Shown one piece after another: positions 12,871 to 24,974 of a stretch of 64,000 bases of DNA. How positions within the stretch are numbered: position 1 is the first letter of the stretch; every line of letters begins with the position of its first letter. The position numbers and the translations under genes were made by a program. The stretch spans positions 130,195,178 through 130,259,177 of the forward strand of contig NC_081355.1 of the NCBI RefSeq assembly GCF_030684315.1, written 5' to 3'. The notes under the pieces are model-generated. The model had not been told where the DNA came from and made no database searches. It saw only the letters and a list, made by a program, of their open reading frames with translations. Source of the stretch: Stegostoma tigrinum (taxonomy: Eukaryota).

Positions 12871-14402
12871 GAAACATAGAAGATAGAAGAGGTGGCCATT
12901 CAGCCCTTCGAGCCTACCCCGCCATTCTTCACAATCACGGCTGATCATCCAACTCAATCGACTAATCCTGCTTTCTCCCCATAACCTTTGGCTCTATTCA
13001 CCCCCAAGTGCTACATCCAGTCACCTCTTCAAGACAATCAATGTTTGGGCATCAACTACTTCCTATGGTAATGAATTCCACAGGCTCACGACTCTGGCTG
13101 AAGAAATGTCTCCTCATCTTTGTCCTAAATGGACTACCGCCAATCCTGGACAACAAAGTGCAGAGCTGGATCAACACAGCAGGCCAGGCAGCATCTAAGG
13201 AGCACAAGAGCTAACATTTCACGCCTAGACCCTTCATCAGAAAAGGGGGAAGGGGAGAGGGTTCTGAAATAACCAGGGAGAGAGGGAGAGGTGGACCAAA
13301 GACAGGTGGGGAGGAGAAGACAGGTGGGGAAGTAGGGAGGATGGACAGGTCAAGGGGGCGAGATGAGATTAGTAGGTAGGAAATGGAGGTGCGGCTTGAG
13401 GTGGAAAGAGGGGATAGGTGGGAGGAAGAACAGGTTAGGGAGGCGGGGACAAGCTGGGCTGGTTTTGGGATGCAGTGGGGGGAGGGGAGATTTTTGAAGC
13501 TTATGAAATCCACATTGATACCATTGGGCTGCAAGGTTCCCAAACTGAAAATGAGTTGCTGTTCTGTGACCCCTGGCTCTGGATATAGAGAACATTGTCC
13601 CTGCGTCTACCTTTCCCAGTCCTGTTAGAATTTTACAAGTCTCTATGCAATCAATCCTCATTCATCCAAATTCTAGCAAAACAATCCCAAACGAGTAAAT
13701 CTTGATCCATACGTCAGACCTGCAACCCCGGAAATCAGCCTGGCAAACCTTCGCTGCAATCCCTCAAGAGCAAGAGCATCCTTCCTCAGAAATGGAGACC
13801 AAAACTGCACACAATATTCTAGTTGCGGTCTCACCAAGGCCCTGTATAACTGCAACAGCACATACCTGCTCCTGTACTCAAAACCTCTCGCAATGAAGAT
13901 CAAAATACCAGTTTCCTTCTTTACTGCCCGCTGTATCAATTCCTGCTGCATACTCCTCTCTCCCCATTTACAGCCATTCAGGGAGTAATCTGTCTTCTTG
14001 TTTTTGCTTCCAAAGTGAATAATCTCACATTTATCCAAATTATACTGCATTGGCCACTGATGTGCCCACTCACCCAATCTGTCCAGGTCATGCTGAAGGA
14101 TCTCTGATCCTCCTCACAGTTCACCCTCCCACCCAACTTGGTATTCATCTGCAAACTTGGAGATGTTACGTTTTGTTCCCTCATCCAAATCATTAATATA
14201 TATAGTGAACAACCAGGGTTCCAGCACCAATCCCTGTGGTATCCCACTAGTTACTTCCTGCCAATTTGAAAAGGGCCCATTAATTCCTACTCTTTGTTTC
14301 CTCTCTGCCAACCAGTTTCCTATCCATCCCAGTACAACTACCTTATTCCCATTCGCTTTAATCTTGTGCATAATAACTTATGTAAGACTTTATCAAACGC
14401 TT
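12871..14402 (-). mobile_element. CR1 LINE, decayed, interrupted by a PLE fragment
   Basis: RT motifs [33 protein letters not shown]. 3' tail gaaacatagaagatagaagaggtggccattcagcccttcgagcct at 12871-12915. Confidence 0.88.
13151..13565 (-). mobile_element. PLE 3' fragment (GIY-YIG C-terminus, 3' UTR, degenerate hammerhead-like core) nested in CR1
   Basis: LGTLQPNGINVDF peptide shared with the 47984-48370 ORF. Minus-strand core CTGATGA-A-GGGTCTAGGCGT-GAAATGTT at 13240-13213. Confidence 0.85.
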
Positions 14403-14419
14403 ACATTAGATGCAATTCC

Positions 14420-15250
14420 ATGACTGATCAAATTTGCTGGATGATACCCAATTTAGAATTGTCTGCCAAGCTTGCAGTTGGGCCCATGTGAGGTTATGGG
14501 CTTTGACAGGAAGAGCTGAATTTTATTTAACTGGGCAAAGATTAAACATGTTGCAGTAAAGAGTATGGGTGTCTTAGTGCATAAATTATAAACATGCCAG
14601 CATCCAAGTTCAGAGGGTAATAGGGGAAGCAAACAGAACGTTGGTTTTTATTTCAAAGAAATTGGAGTAGATAAACAGGGAGATCTTGCTAAAACTATTC
14701 AAGGCACCGGTGAGACTATAGCTGGAACACTGCCAACAGTTTGGGTCCCGCTGTCTGTGGAGAGAGCGCGCATGGGAGGCAGCCCAAAGAAGGCTCACCA
14801 GATTGATCCTGGGTATGGAGGGATTTTTAAGAGGAGAGGTTCAGTAGTTAGACTTGTACTTGAATTTAGGAGAACAAAAAGAGGCCTTACTGAAACACAG
14901 AAAATTCTTAGTAAGTGTTATAGGGTACATATGGAGACATTGTTTCCCCTCATGAGCGATTCCAGGAGCAGAGGGCATAAAGGGTCACCGAGTTAAGACA
15001 ACAATGAGGAGGGATTTCTTCTCTCAGAGGGTAGTGAATCTACAGAATTCTTTATTACACAGGGATGTCAAGGGTGGAGTCTTAATTATCTCCAATGCTG
15101 AGACAGATCGACTTCTAATCATGAAGGAAATCAAGGGTTGTGGGACTAAGTGGCATTTTGATTCTTAGGTCAAGTCTGACACAAATAAATGGTACAGCAG
15201 ACTCACTAGGCCAAATGGCCTACCATTCGTACATCTAATGGTCTTGTGAA
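14420..15250 (+). mobile_element. CR1 LINE 3' part, decayed
   Basis: Homology to the CR1 ORF2 C-terminus (ttcttctctcagagggtagtgaatc) and the tail ggccaaatggcctac. Confidence 0.75.
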
Positions 15251-15696
15251 CCCGTAAGCTAGTCATCAGCTGAAAATAATGATCTTTTTAAATCAAAGTA
15301 AATCTATTCTTTTCTTTGAATGGACCAATAATTACAAAAACAGGTCGGTTGAGAAGTAATGAGCAATGTCTTGGCACGGTGCAAACCTTCGCAATGTACA
15401 ATTTTGCTTATCTCAGGAAAATCACAAGGAAGCTCCATCGTGAATAATCGTTGAGCAACAGTTGAATACTACAGTTAGTTTTTTTTAAAAAGCTGCACGT
15501 CAAGACGGTAGGCAGTCCTGTCTCTATAATTATCGATGTTGCCAAAGCATGGCATGTGGTTTGAATTTAATCAGCGAACTAGGTTTGACATTTCACATTT
15601 TCTACTACATCATCTTCAAGACAACCAAATCAGAACCTTCTGCTCATGTGGTGTAATTTGTTGTTCATTTTCTGAGTTTGCTTTCTTTGGACTACG

Positions 15697-15728
15697 GGCT
15701 TGATGAATACAAGATGAAAAGCTTTGAC
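15697..15728 (+). ncRNA. Degenerate minimal hammerhead-like motif, family C
   Basis: GGC-TTGATGA-ATACAAGAT-GAAA-AGCT-TT-GAC aligns to the 921-970 copy. Differences are mostly transitions. Confidence 0.4.
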
Positions 15729-15749
15729 TTTGCTTACATTCTGTACGAC

Positions 15750-15965
15750 CTAAATGTAAAGTCTCCACAAACCCAGATGACCACAGGGCTTCTCTCTCAT
15801 CAACTGGTGATGAGACAACTGGTGGTGGATTAATCTGAGGGTCACCATGTCTCAGGAAACGGGAGAGATTGAAAAGGACAATCCTTCATGGGAACTTCAG
15901 TGGCTTCAGGAATTGAACTCACATTGTTGGTGGCACTCTACATGGCAAGCCAGCTGATTCAACAA
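15750..15965 (-). mobile_element. Old SINE-like repeat (same family as 5835-5990)
   Basis: Shared blocks with 5835-5990. ggaattgaactc reads as a B-box-like GAGTTCAATTCC on the minus strand. Confidence 0.5.
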
Positions 15966-16659
15966 TGTCTAGCAAACAAGATAATAAAGGCTTAATAGTA
16001 TGATATAAAATACTTAAAATATCTAAATGAACAATAAATACAGCTAATGCAATTCTAATTAATCCATCAGGACAAACAATCCACATCATTAAAATACCTT
16101 CAACGTAACAAAATGAAAACATGAAACAAAACAGGAAAAGAAAGTGACATTAGCTGAGATATCCACAAGTCTCAGAGGCAGGTTTCAAGATGTGTCATTA
16201 AGGAGCACAGAGAGCTGTCCGGAGAGAATTAGAGTATAAAGCCGAGGCAAGTGAAAGAACAGTCACCAACTGTCAAGCGATTAAAATTGCAGACGCTCAG
16301 GATTCAAGAAATAAATGAGTACAGATATATTATAGGACTATGAGAATGGAAAATATTACCAAGGCAGGGGGTTACAACAGCATTCAGAGATTTTAAAATA
16401 AGAATCAGAGTTTTAGTATCAGTGCTTTACCACACTACAAGCCAATATCAGTCAGCGAACACAGGGTCACATATAAATGTTAGATAGTTCAAGTTAAGAT
16501 ACCGACAATATCTTTGGAAGAACTCAAGTGCGGGGATGACAGAAAATGGGAAGACAGTCACAAGTTGGAATAATCAAGGTAAAAGGTAACAAAAAAGTGT
16601 GAATAAAAGGAGTCCAATGTTAATGTTGTTGGATTAGTAATCCACAGATCATGTTCTGG

Positions 16660-17175
16660 TATCTGTGCCCCTCGTGATTTTATAAATCCCTATAACGTCA
16701 TCTCTCAACTTGTTATACTCCAATGAAAAAGTCCCAGCCTATCCAGCTACTTATAACTCAAATCCTCCAGTCCTGGCAACATCCTTGAAAATCTTTTCTG
16801 AACCATCTCCAATTCGCATTTTAGGGTAATCACAAGTACATGCAGTACTCAGAAAGTGGCCTCAATTGCACAACCCCAAAATAACACTCCAACTCCAATG
16901 CTCAGGGCTAAATGCCTGCTTAACCATCCTATGTACCAGTGATGTAAATTTCCAAGAATTATGTATCTGAACTGTTAGGTCTCTGTTTGACAACACCATC
17001 CAGGGTCCTACCATTAAGTGAACAAGTCTCACCCTTGTTCATCTTACCAAAATATAATGCCTTGCATCTCTCCAAATTAAACTCCATCTGCCACTCCTCA
17101 GCCCATTGGTCCAACTATTCAAGATACTTTTGTAGTTTTAGATTACCTTCTTCACCATCAACTATACCACCAATT
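16660..17175 (-). mobile_element. CR1 LINE fragment
   Basis: aaattaaactccatctgccactcctcagccca (WAEEWQMEFNL) and downstream ORF2 homology. Confidence 0.75.
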
Positions 17176-17504
17176 AAATACTGTAGTTTTTAAAAAGAGA
17201 TTTGTCATGCCACTAGAAAAAATGGAAACTAAGTGTTAAAAGTTACAAATTATGCAACCAAATCTAAATGCAGATTACGTGCCATATGCTGACATTTCTT
17301 TGGGGGTACAGGGGACTGCAACAGCACAAAGACAGCACTTTACAAAGCCTTATATTAAGTAACTGAATGCAAATGGATTGTGGCAAATTTATCAACTGTT
17401 GAGTATCAGACTATTTCTGAAGAAATTGCTGCTGCTGAATCACATGGTTGTGGGGTTTAGGGCTATGAGTACTAATTAAGGTCAACATTAGTTTCACAAT
17501 CAAA

Positions 17505-17700
17505 ATGCTACACTTTCAGAGGTGCTATCTTTCAAATGAGATGTTCAACCACATGTATCTATCCGCACGTGACTGGAAAACTGACATAGTACCGTACCAT
17601 TCAAAGAGAAGCAGGGAACAGGGTCTGGCCAATGCTCACTTTCCCAACATTATCTAAAGCAGACTGACCTTATTCTAACCATGGAACCTTGCTGTTGTTC
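17505..17700 (+). mobile_element. Deu-domain SINE (SacSINE1/AmnSINE1-like) remnant; similar remnants at about 5390-5530, 28010-28370, 39040-39270 and 53190-53500
   Basis: cagaggtgctatctttcaaatgagatgttcaacc...ttcaaagagaagcaggg...ctggccaat...ggaaccttgctgt resembles the Deu core as I recall it; not searched. Confidence 0.55.
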
Positions 17701-18705
17701 CTGCTGGCCAGTGGCCTTTTCCAGATCCACGTTTCTTTGGGTTGCCTTTCAAGTTATCGTGATTTAGTATAGTGTTGACCAACGGATTTGACCAAAAAGT
17801 TAGAAAATATGGATGATTCACCCCCCACCCCCCCAATCATACAAGCCATGAGTTAAAATCCATGCTGTCCCCAGCTCCTGTTGAAAACACTGATCAGCAC
17901 AAAACCGACTGGAAACTTGCAATCTTCAAAAAAATAGACAAGTTTAAAAACTCAATAATTGTACAGAGTTTTTTTTGGCTATGCAGTTTTACTGCATAGT
18001 GTTCTGGTGACATGTGGGTAAAAAGCAAATATTCATTTATGGGCAGAGAAACCAAGCTCTCCCATTAATTTACACAGTCATTTCAACACAATGAACATCA
18101 CATTGAGAGATCAGATTGTTATCAGATTACTCCAGCACAATTGTTGCAGAAAGGCGTAACAAAAGAAAGACTTTTCCCAGTTTGAACTACAAATAATGAA
18201 AATAAAGAATGCTAATAGCTCAGTTCTGAAGATTTCTTTCCCCTCGCCTTTCTTAAGTTCTCCACTCTGGCCAAACACCGCATTCCTTACAGAGACAGAA
18301 CAGTTTTGTTGATTGAAACATCTCTTCAAAATGCCCTGCCAAACGTCACTTGAAAACCCAAATACATAAAACCTTCAGATTCCCTTGTATTAACCCTGTG
18401 TTACACATCAGGAAAAAGCTGATTGATTTGTCAAACATAATTGCCTTTCCACAAAACCATCTTAACTCTGCATGATCACATTACAATTTTTCAAATGTCC
18501 TGCTAATACCTACTCAATGAAGGATTCTAGCACCCTAAAACCAGGATTCAGGTTTCAGTTTCACAGCGCAACGGTGCATGTTCAATATTACATGGTTGAA
18601 ATGCAGTATTGTCTCAATTTAAATCTTAGATCTTCCATATTTCCCTAAATTCCCGCTTATCATGCTTTCCCAACTTGAAGCAATTTGACAACATTTATCA
18701 GAGCT

Positions 18706-18788
18706 GCTCTGATGAAAGATCATTGACCTGAAACATTAATGCTGTTTCTCTCTACAGATGCTGCCTGGTCTGCTAAGTATTTTGAGAT
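18706..18788 (+). mobile_element. Family B-like mini-element with hammerhead-like core, host of a nested family A fold-back
   Basis: CTGATGA-A-AGATCATTGACCT-GAAACATT-AATGC at 18709-18742, followed by the family tail tctctctacagatgctgcctggtctgctaagtattt. The element resumes after 19007. Confidence 0.6.
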
Positions 18789-18993
18789 AACAAAGTGTGA
18801 AGCTGGGTGAACACAGCAGGCCAAGCAGCATCTCAGGAGCACAAAAGCTGACGTTTCAGGCCTAGACCCTTCATCAGAGAGGTCTAGGCCCGAAACATCA
18901 GCTTTTGTGCTCCTGAAATGCTGCTTGGCCTGCTGTGTTCATCCAGCTTCACACTTCGTTATCTTGGATTCTCCAGCATCTGCAGTTCCCACC
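18789..18993. mobile_element. Fold-back PLE mini-element (family A) with intact minus-strand hammerhead-like core and 14-bp TSD
   Basis: About 84-bp inverted arms (18785-18868 and 18881-18964) with a 12-nt spacer. Minus strand TCT-CTGATGA-A-GGGTCTAGGCCT-GAAACGTC-AG at 18880-18848. Perfect TSD AAGTATTTTGAGAT at 18775-18788 and 18994-19007. Confidence 0.9.
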
Positions 18994-19859
18994 AAGTATT
19001 TTGAGATTTGTGTTTTTATTTTATCTTTATTTCATTATATTTTTAAGGTCACCCGACAACTGTCAAAAATAGTTAATGCATCTTCAGTTCTGGAAAGCAA
19101 TTTTTTATCCTTGTCTTTCATCTCAAATCAGATCTGGAGTAGTGGTGATTAATTTGCTGGTTCCTCTTTCATGGTTTTCAGCACCTTCTGTTCCCCTTGC
19201 ACCACAGTGCCCAAAATTGTGCACAGAGCTCCAGATATGGTCTGATTTCAACAGTAAATAGTTTAGCCACAGCTTCCATAAACACTTTTGGCTGCTGTTC
19301 AAAACTCATCCGGTTTTGTTCACGTCTACTCTGCAATGATATAGTATATTGAATGTAAAGGTTATCGGCATTGAGATTTCCTTCAATTTCACCTTGAGTA
19401 ATTTCAAAAGTACTTATGAAGTACTTGCTACTTTCTCTTTATATTTGCACTCAATATGCACCAAAATTAAAATCTAGTCTGTCCTCTTCCATAGTTTTTC
19501 ACACTTACATATTTCACAGGTTATGCTATTGCAAAACAATGGAATTCCATTTAATCTGGTGGTTGAAAACTGAAGTTTTGGTAATTCTTCAGATCATTTA
19601 ACTGATGTAACTAATTCTAGCAGAGCTCTGAGGCACAGCATTTTCATAAGGCTTTTACCTCCCCTGTATTTTTCCTCTTTTCATTCTACAGTTTTGAAGA
19701 ATGGCATTCATGTAAGAGTACTATTTCTTAAAAAGTCACTCATTACCAGCAATCCAAACTCATGACTTCTACCATCGAGGAGGGCTCATAGGAATACCAA
19801 CACCTCCAACCCACATCTCATTCCTCTGGACAATTCCAAAGATGCACCACCCTCTGAAA

Positions 19860-20420
19860 AGTAAAGAAGTGCTGTTACAATGTCATAAGACATTGGTGAG
19901 ACCACACCTGGAGTAGCATGTCCGGTTTTGGTCTCCTTGCTTGAGGAAGATGTGTGGCAGTTCAGAGAAGGGTCGAAGGATTGAATGCCTACTTCCAATC
20001 CTAATTCCTATGCTGCTCTGAGTAAAATGATTTCTCATTGTGGTCCTAACACGAAGCCTCTCTTTCTTCATCTGTGCCCCTTTGTTTCGAGATTCCTCAA
20101 ACAGAAAATAAATAGTCAAATATCTTATCTACATCTACTCTAATCATTTGTACTATTCTGTAGCTTTCAACAAGGTCACCTCACATTCTTCAAAACCCCA
20201 CAGAGAATGCAAGCACAGTTTGTCCCATTTCTCTTCACAAACCATCCCAGGAACAAGTCTGGTGGACCTTTGCTGATCCTTCGAGATAAAGAGACCAAAA
20301 CAGCATCAAGTCCTCCAAGTGCAGTCTAGCCAAGTTTTTACACAGTGAAAGAGGACTTCCTGGGCTGCAATCCATTTGCAATAAAGGCCAACACTTCATT
20401 AGTTTCCTAACAGCAAATCA
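19860..20420. mobile_element. CR1 fragments in both orientations
   Basis: Plus strand ttggtgagaccacacctggagta...ttttggtctcc; minus strand ORF2 C-terminal homology at 20000-20420. Confidence 0.65.
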
Positions 20421-20559
20421 ATACAGCTGTTTTTAAACTTTTCCCCTTTCTTTCAAACAGAAACAACATCCACAAGCTTCCAACCTGCAGGAATCATTCT
20501 AGATGGAATTTTGGAAGAAGGTGACCAATGCGTTGACTATCACACGCTTGTTATTATTT

Positions 20560-20905
20560 ATCATGAGATGAGATGTGGTATCACTGATCCATCAGTATTT
20601 ATTGTCCATTGAACCAACTGACTTGCTAGGATCATTTCAGAGACGAGAGTTAACTATTTCCATGGATCAAGGACTTCATGTAGGTCAAACCAAATACAAA
20701 GAAACGACTTCCTTCCTTAGTTAACCAGATCTGTCTTTCTGACAAAGATCACATTCTTATTTAGGCTAACTTCTAAATCCACATCTTTACTGAATTCCAA
20801 TTTCACTACCTCCCAACGTGAAATTTGAACCGATGTCCTCAGAGCACAGGTCTGGGGTTTTGAATTTCTACTCTTGTGGTTCTACCAATATACCACTGCC
20901 TCCCC
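20560..20905 (-). mobile_element. Decayed tRNA-derived SINE (family of 2329-2690)
   Basis: catgtaggtcaaacca...cttccttcc...ttactgaattccaatttcac...ataccactgcctcccc aligns with 26875-27225. Confidence 0.55.
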
Positions 20906-21460
20906 TAGGCATGCATGTAGTCATGTGTTGTTACATCACCAGGTTGGCACCTCTTTTTCACTGTTCAATCTGGTTTTCCTTCTCAGCATGCCATCCTGCA
21001 CTCTATTCTGGTGCATGAATGATCCTCTAGTATGATGACAATCATGGGGTGGGGAATATATCATGCCATTAAGTTACAAATGGTGTTGAATACAGTTTTG
21101 TTGCTGCTAATATCACTGAGCACCTCAGTTATAATTTGCTTGTTTTGTTCAGACACCATCCTATCCAGCAAAATGCGAGTGGCACACTCAAAGGACACTT
21201 CAATGTGAAAGTGGGTCTTTGCCTCCACAAGGTCTGTGTGGTGTTCACTCCTACAAATACAATAATTGACAGCTGCATCTACTACACGAAGACCGGTAAG
21301 GAAGAGGTCAAGTACATCTTTTCCTCTTGAAGTCCTCACGTCCACAGATTCAACCAGCATGGTCAGTGGTTCCAGAAAGGACCCAAAACATTAACCATGT
21401 TTCCCTCTCCACAGATGGTGCTAGGCCCACGGAGTTTCTCCAGCACTTCTGATTTTATTT

Positions 21461-23175
21461 TGGTCGGTGGTGATGACCGGGAGGGCTGGACATGGGATGA
21501 AGACAGCGATGGGGAGGTTTTGAAGCTAGTGAATTCCATGTTGAGGTTATTGGGCTGGTTAGTGTGGAGTGGACAAAGGAGTCATGGAGAAAGTAGTCCC
21601 TACAGAAAGCAGACGGGGTGGGAGGGGAAGCTGTCTTTGGTGGTGGAGTTTGATTGCAGGTAGCAAAAAAGTGACAAAGAATGATGCACTGGATACAGAG
21701 GTTGCAGAGTGGCATACGAGAACAAGGAATAAGGTGCTGTTCCTCTAATTCTTGCATTGCCTCATTGTGACATTGGAGGGGGCCCAGGATGGACATACTG
21801 CTGAGGGAGTGGGAAGAGAAGTTGAAATGTTCGGCAACCAGAAGGTGGTGTTGATTGGAGCGTACAGAGCGCAGATGATCCGCAAATCTGTCACCGAGTC
21901 TGCGCTGGTCTCACCCATGTAGAGGAAACCACATCAGGTGCAACAGATGTAGTTGACCAGGCTGAAGTACAGGTGAATCCCTGTCAGATACAGAATTGTT
22001 TCTGGCATTGGAAAAAGGTGGAGGGGCAGTGTAGGGGCAGGTACTCCCAATTCCTCAGATAATGGGAACTGCAGATGCTGGAAAATCCAAGGTAACAAAG
22101 TGTGGAGCTGGATAAACACAGCAGGCCAAGCAAGTCCTAAGATGCTGCTTGGCCTATGTTCATCCAGCTCCACACTGTGTACTCCCAATTCCTCCACCGC
22201 TTCTGCTCCTGGAATGAAGCTTTCCACTTCAAGGGCCTAAATTTCCCCTCTCGTGTGATTCATATTACCCTTAAATGCATCTCTTGCATTTCCCACACTT
22301 GTGCCTCCAAACAACCTTCCCCCAACAAGGATAGAGTCCCCCTGGTCCTCCCTCATACGCCATCCCACCAACCTCTGAATCCAATGTATCGTCCTCCGTC
22401 ACTTTTGCTACCCACAATCAGGCACCACCAGAGATATTCCCCTCCCAGCCCTCTACTTTCTGCAGGGACAGTTCTCTCGGTGACTCCCTTGTCCATGCCA
22501 CACTAACCACCAACCACTCCACACCCAGCAACTTTCCCTGCAGCCGCAGGAAATGCTATACCTCCCCTCTCACCTCTGTCCAATGCTCCAATCATTGTGT
22601 CTGACAGGGATTCAGCTGTACATCTTCCAACCTGGTCTACAGCATTCGGTGCAACTGATGTGTTCTCCTCTACATCGGTGAGACCAAGTGCAGACACTTG
22701 ACAGATCTGCAGAGCATCTGTGCTTTGTACTCTCCAAACAACACCACCCCTTCTGATTGCCAGCCATTTCAATTCCCCCTCCCCCTCCCTTAACCACATG
22801 TCCATCCTAGGCCTCCTATGTCCCAATAAGCCACACAAAAACGCCACCTTTTATTCCACTTGGGAGCTTACAGCCCGATGGCCTCAACATAGAATTTACT
22901 GGCTTCAAAATCTCCCCACCCCCAAGCCTTATCCCCAGTCCAGCCCACCTCCTTGACCCGACATAACCTCTCACCTATCTGCCCCACCTTCCCAGTGACC
23001 AATCTCCACTATCCCCTGACCTGCATCCACCTATCACCATACCCCCAGCCTTACTCCCTGTATTTATTTCTGAGCTCCCTCCCCTATCTCCAGTCCTGAT
23101 CAAAAATGTCAAATTTCCTATTCCTCTGACGCTGCCTGACCTGCTGTGTTCCTCCAGCTCCACACAGTATTGACA
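21461..23175. mobile_element. Decayed PLE with an inverted 5' part: GIY-YIG segment on minus (21461-22040), RT end/GIY-YIG/3' UTR on plus (22041-23175)
   Basis: Minus strand MSILGPLQCHNEAMQELEEQHLI. Plus strand YSQFLHRFCS.NEAFH, PCSRRKCYT, LLYIGETK, ASHFNSPSPSLNHMSILGLL, and the terminal gctgcctgacctgctgtgttcctccagctccacac. Confidence 0.85.
22057..22178. mobile_element. Fold-back PLE mini-element (family A) with 16-bp TSD, nested in a PLE
   Basis: Inverted copies of the PLE terminus. Perfect TSD GTACTCCCAATTCCTC at 22041-22056 and 22179-22194. Confidence 0.88.
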
Positions 23176-24029
23176 GAGTGGAGGCTGATGGGAGAACTGG
23201 ACTTGGTGCAGGTTAGGATAAAAAGAGTTTTCCAAACAAAAATAAGGAACAGCCATTTAAATCTTCTGAAAGGAGTTTAGATTTTAATGAGTCATGTGAA
23301 AGCCAAACCAGTTCTATTTGAAATTAGACTGTGTAATTTGGCCAAAGTTGATAAAGGAATCCAAAGTTTGTGTTACTCTAAACCAAGAGCTTCACTCAGT
23401 ATTATGTCAGAATTAAATTATAAACATTGTATGCAATGTTTGGAAATGTTTCCACAATCTTCTGCTTATTAGCTTACTTAACCTCTCTCTCACCCGCTGC
23501 AGTGGCCAGCTAAATACACAGGTTTAAAGGCAAATCTTATAAATATTAATCATATTGATACAATTCCCAAGTGTCTACTTAAAATCAATGCCCAACCATA
23601 TATCCAGATTAACCAACAGGGATTGGGATGTCAACTCAAGCTATTACGAGGTGACTCATTTATTGAGCACTATTGCAGCTTTCATTTTCTGCTGAACACG
23701 GTACTAAATGATTGATGTAGTGTTCCTGAATCACCTCCCCATTAAATATCCTGAAATAAACAACACAGTTCAAATAGTGTTTAGAAATAATTCATTTGTC
23801 TATGTATGACGGACAAGTACGCCAAAAGATTTTCACTTACAGGCAGTCCCCAGGTTACAAATGAGTTCCATTCTTCAGTACACTGGGTAAATTAATGCGC
23901 AAATCAGAACACAATACAGTATAATATCAAATTACCATTTGGAAGGACATGCAAAGACTCACATTAGATCTTTAAAAATCAATATTAATACATCCTGGTA
24001 CTGGATCATGTTCCCAAGTACAGTGTGGA

Positions 24030-24590
24030 AGATATGCCCATCTGTATCAGTGGTGACAAAGAGGTGGTCAAGAGCTTCAAGTTCTTTGCAGTAAACATCA
24101 GTAATCTGTCCTCATCCATCCATGAAGGTGCTAAACTTAAGAACACCCCTACTTCCTCAGAAGACTAAGGAAATTCAACACGTACACAATGGCTGTTTCC
24201 AATTTTCACAGATGCACCATCAAAAACATCCCATCTGTACGTGTCACACCTTGGTGTGGCAAATACTCTGCCCGACGCTGCGAGAAATTACGGACTTGTG
24301 ATGAAACCAGCCTTCCTTTCATTGATTCTATCTGCACTCCCCACTGCCTCAGGAAAGCAGCCAACATAGTCAAAGATGCCTCCCACCCGGTTACACTCTC
24401 TTCCACTCTCTCCAATTGGGTGGAAGACAGAAAAGTTTGAAAACATGTACCAACAGATTCATGAACAGCTTCTTCCCACCTATCAGGCTTACGTATGGAC
24501 CAGCCACATATTAGGTTGGATCTTTCTCTGCACCTTCTCTGTTGTAACACTACATTCTGCATTCTGTTTTATTTCCCTTATGTACTTCTT
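24030..24590 (+). mobile_element. Rex/Babar-type LINE 3' fragment
   Basis: gaggtggtcaagagcttcaagttc...tacttcctcagaagactaaggaaattc...caacagattcatgaacagcttcttccc. Homologous to 51225-52118. Confidence 0.75.
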
Positions 24591-24827
24591 GTTATAGACC
24601 CAGCTAAACAAAAGAAAGAAGAATTCAATTTACTTAATTCTCATGGACAATTTAACAGAATAACACAGATTACTGAAGCACTAAACAGTAACTGCTCTAA
24701 CATAGTAGCATCCCATAAACACACCAGTGACAAAGGCAATTTCAGTGAAATTGATTGTCTCACATGGAATTATTGCAGCATGAAGAGAACCCCAGTTTTT
24801 AGTTGTAACAGAGGGGTGCAGGAGTTG

Positions 24828-24915
24828 CTTGAGGAAGGGTCACCGGACCTGAAACGTTAACTGTTTTCTCCTCCACAGATGCTGCCACACCTGCTGAGCT
24901 TTTCCAGCAATTTTG
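24828..24915 (+). mobile_element. Family B mini-element with hammerhead-like core (C3U variant)
   Basis: TTGAGGA-A-GGGTC-ACCG-GACCT-GAAACGTT-AACT followed by the family tail ctccacagatgctgcc...ctgctgagcttttccagcaa. Confidence 0.65.
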
Positions 24916-24974
24916 CTGACAACACCCACTGTCTTGTTTGGTTTTTATTTAGTAACTTCTCACCAACATCTGGG

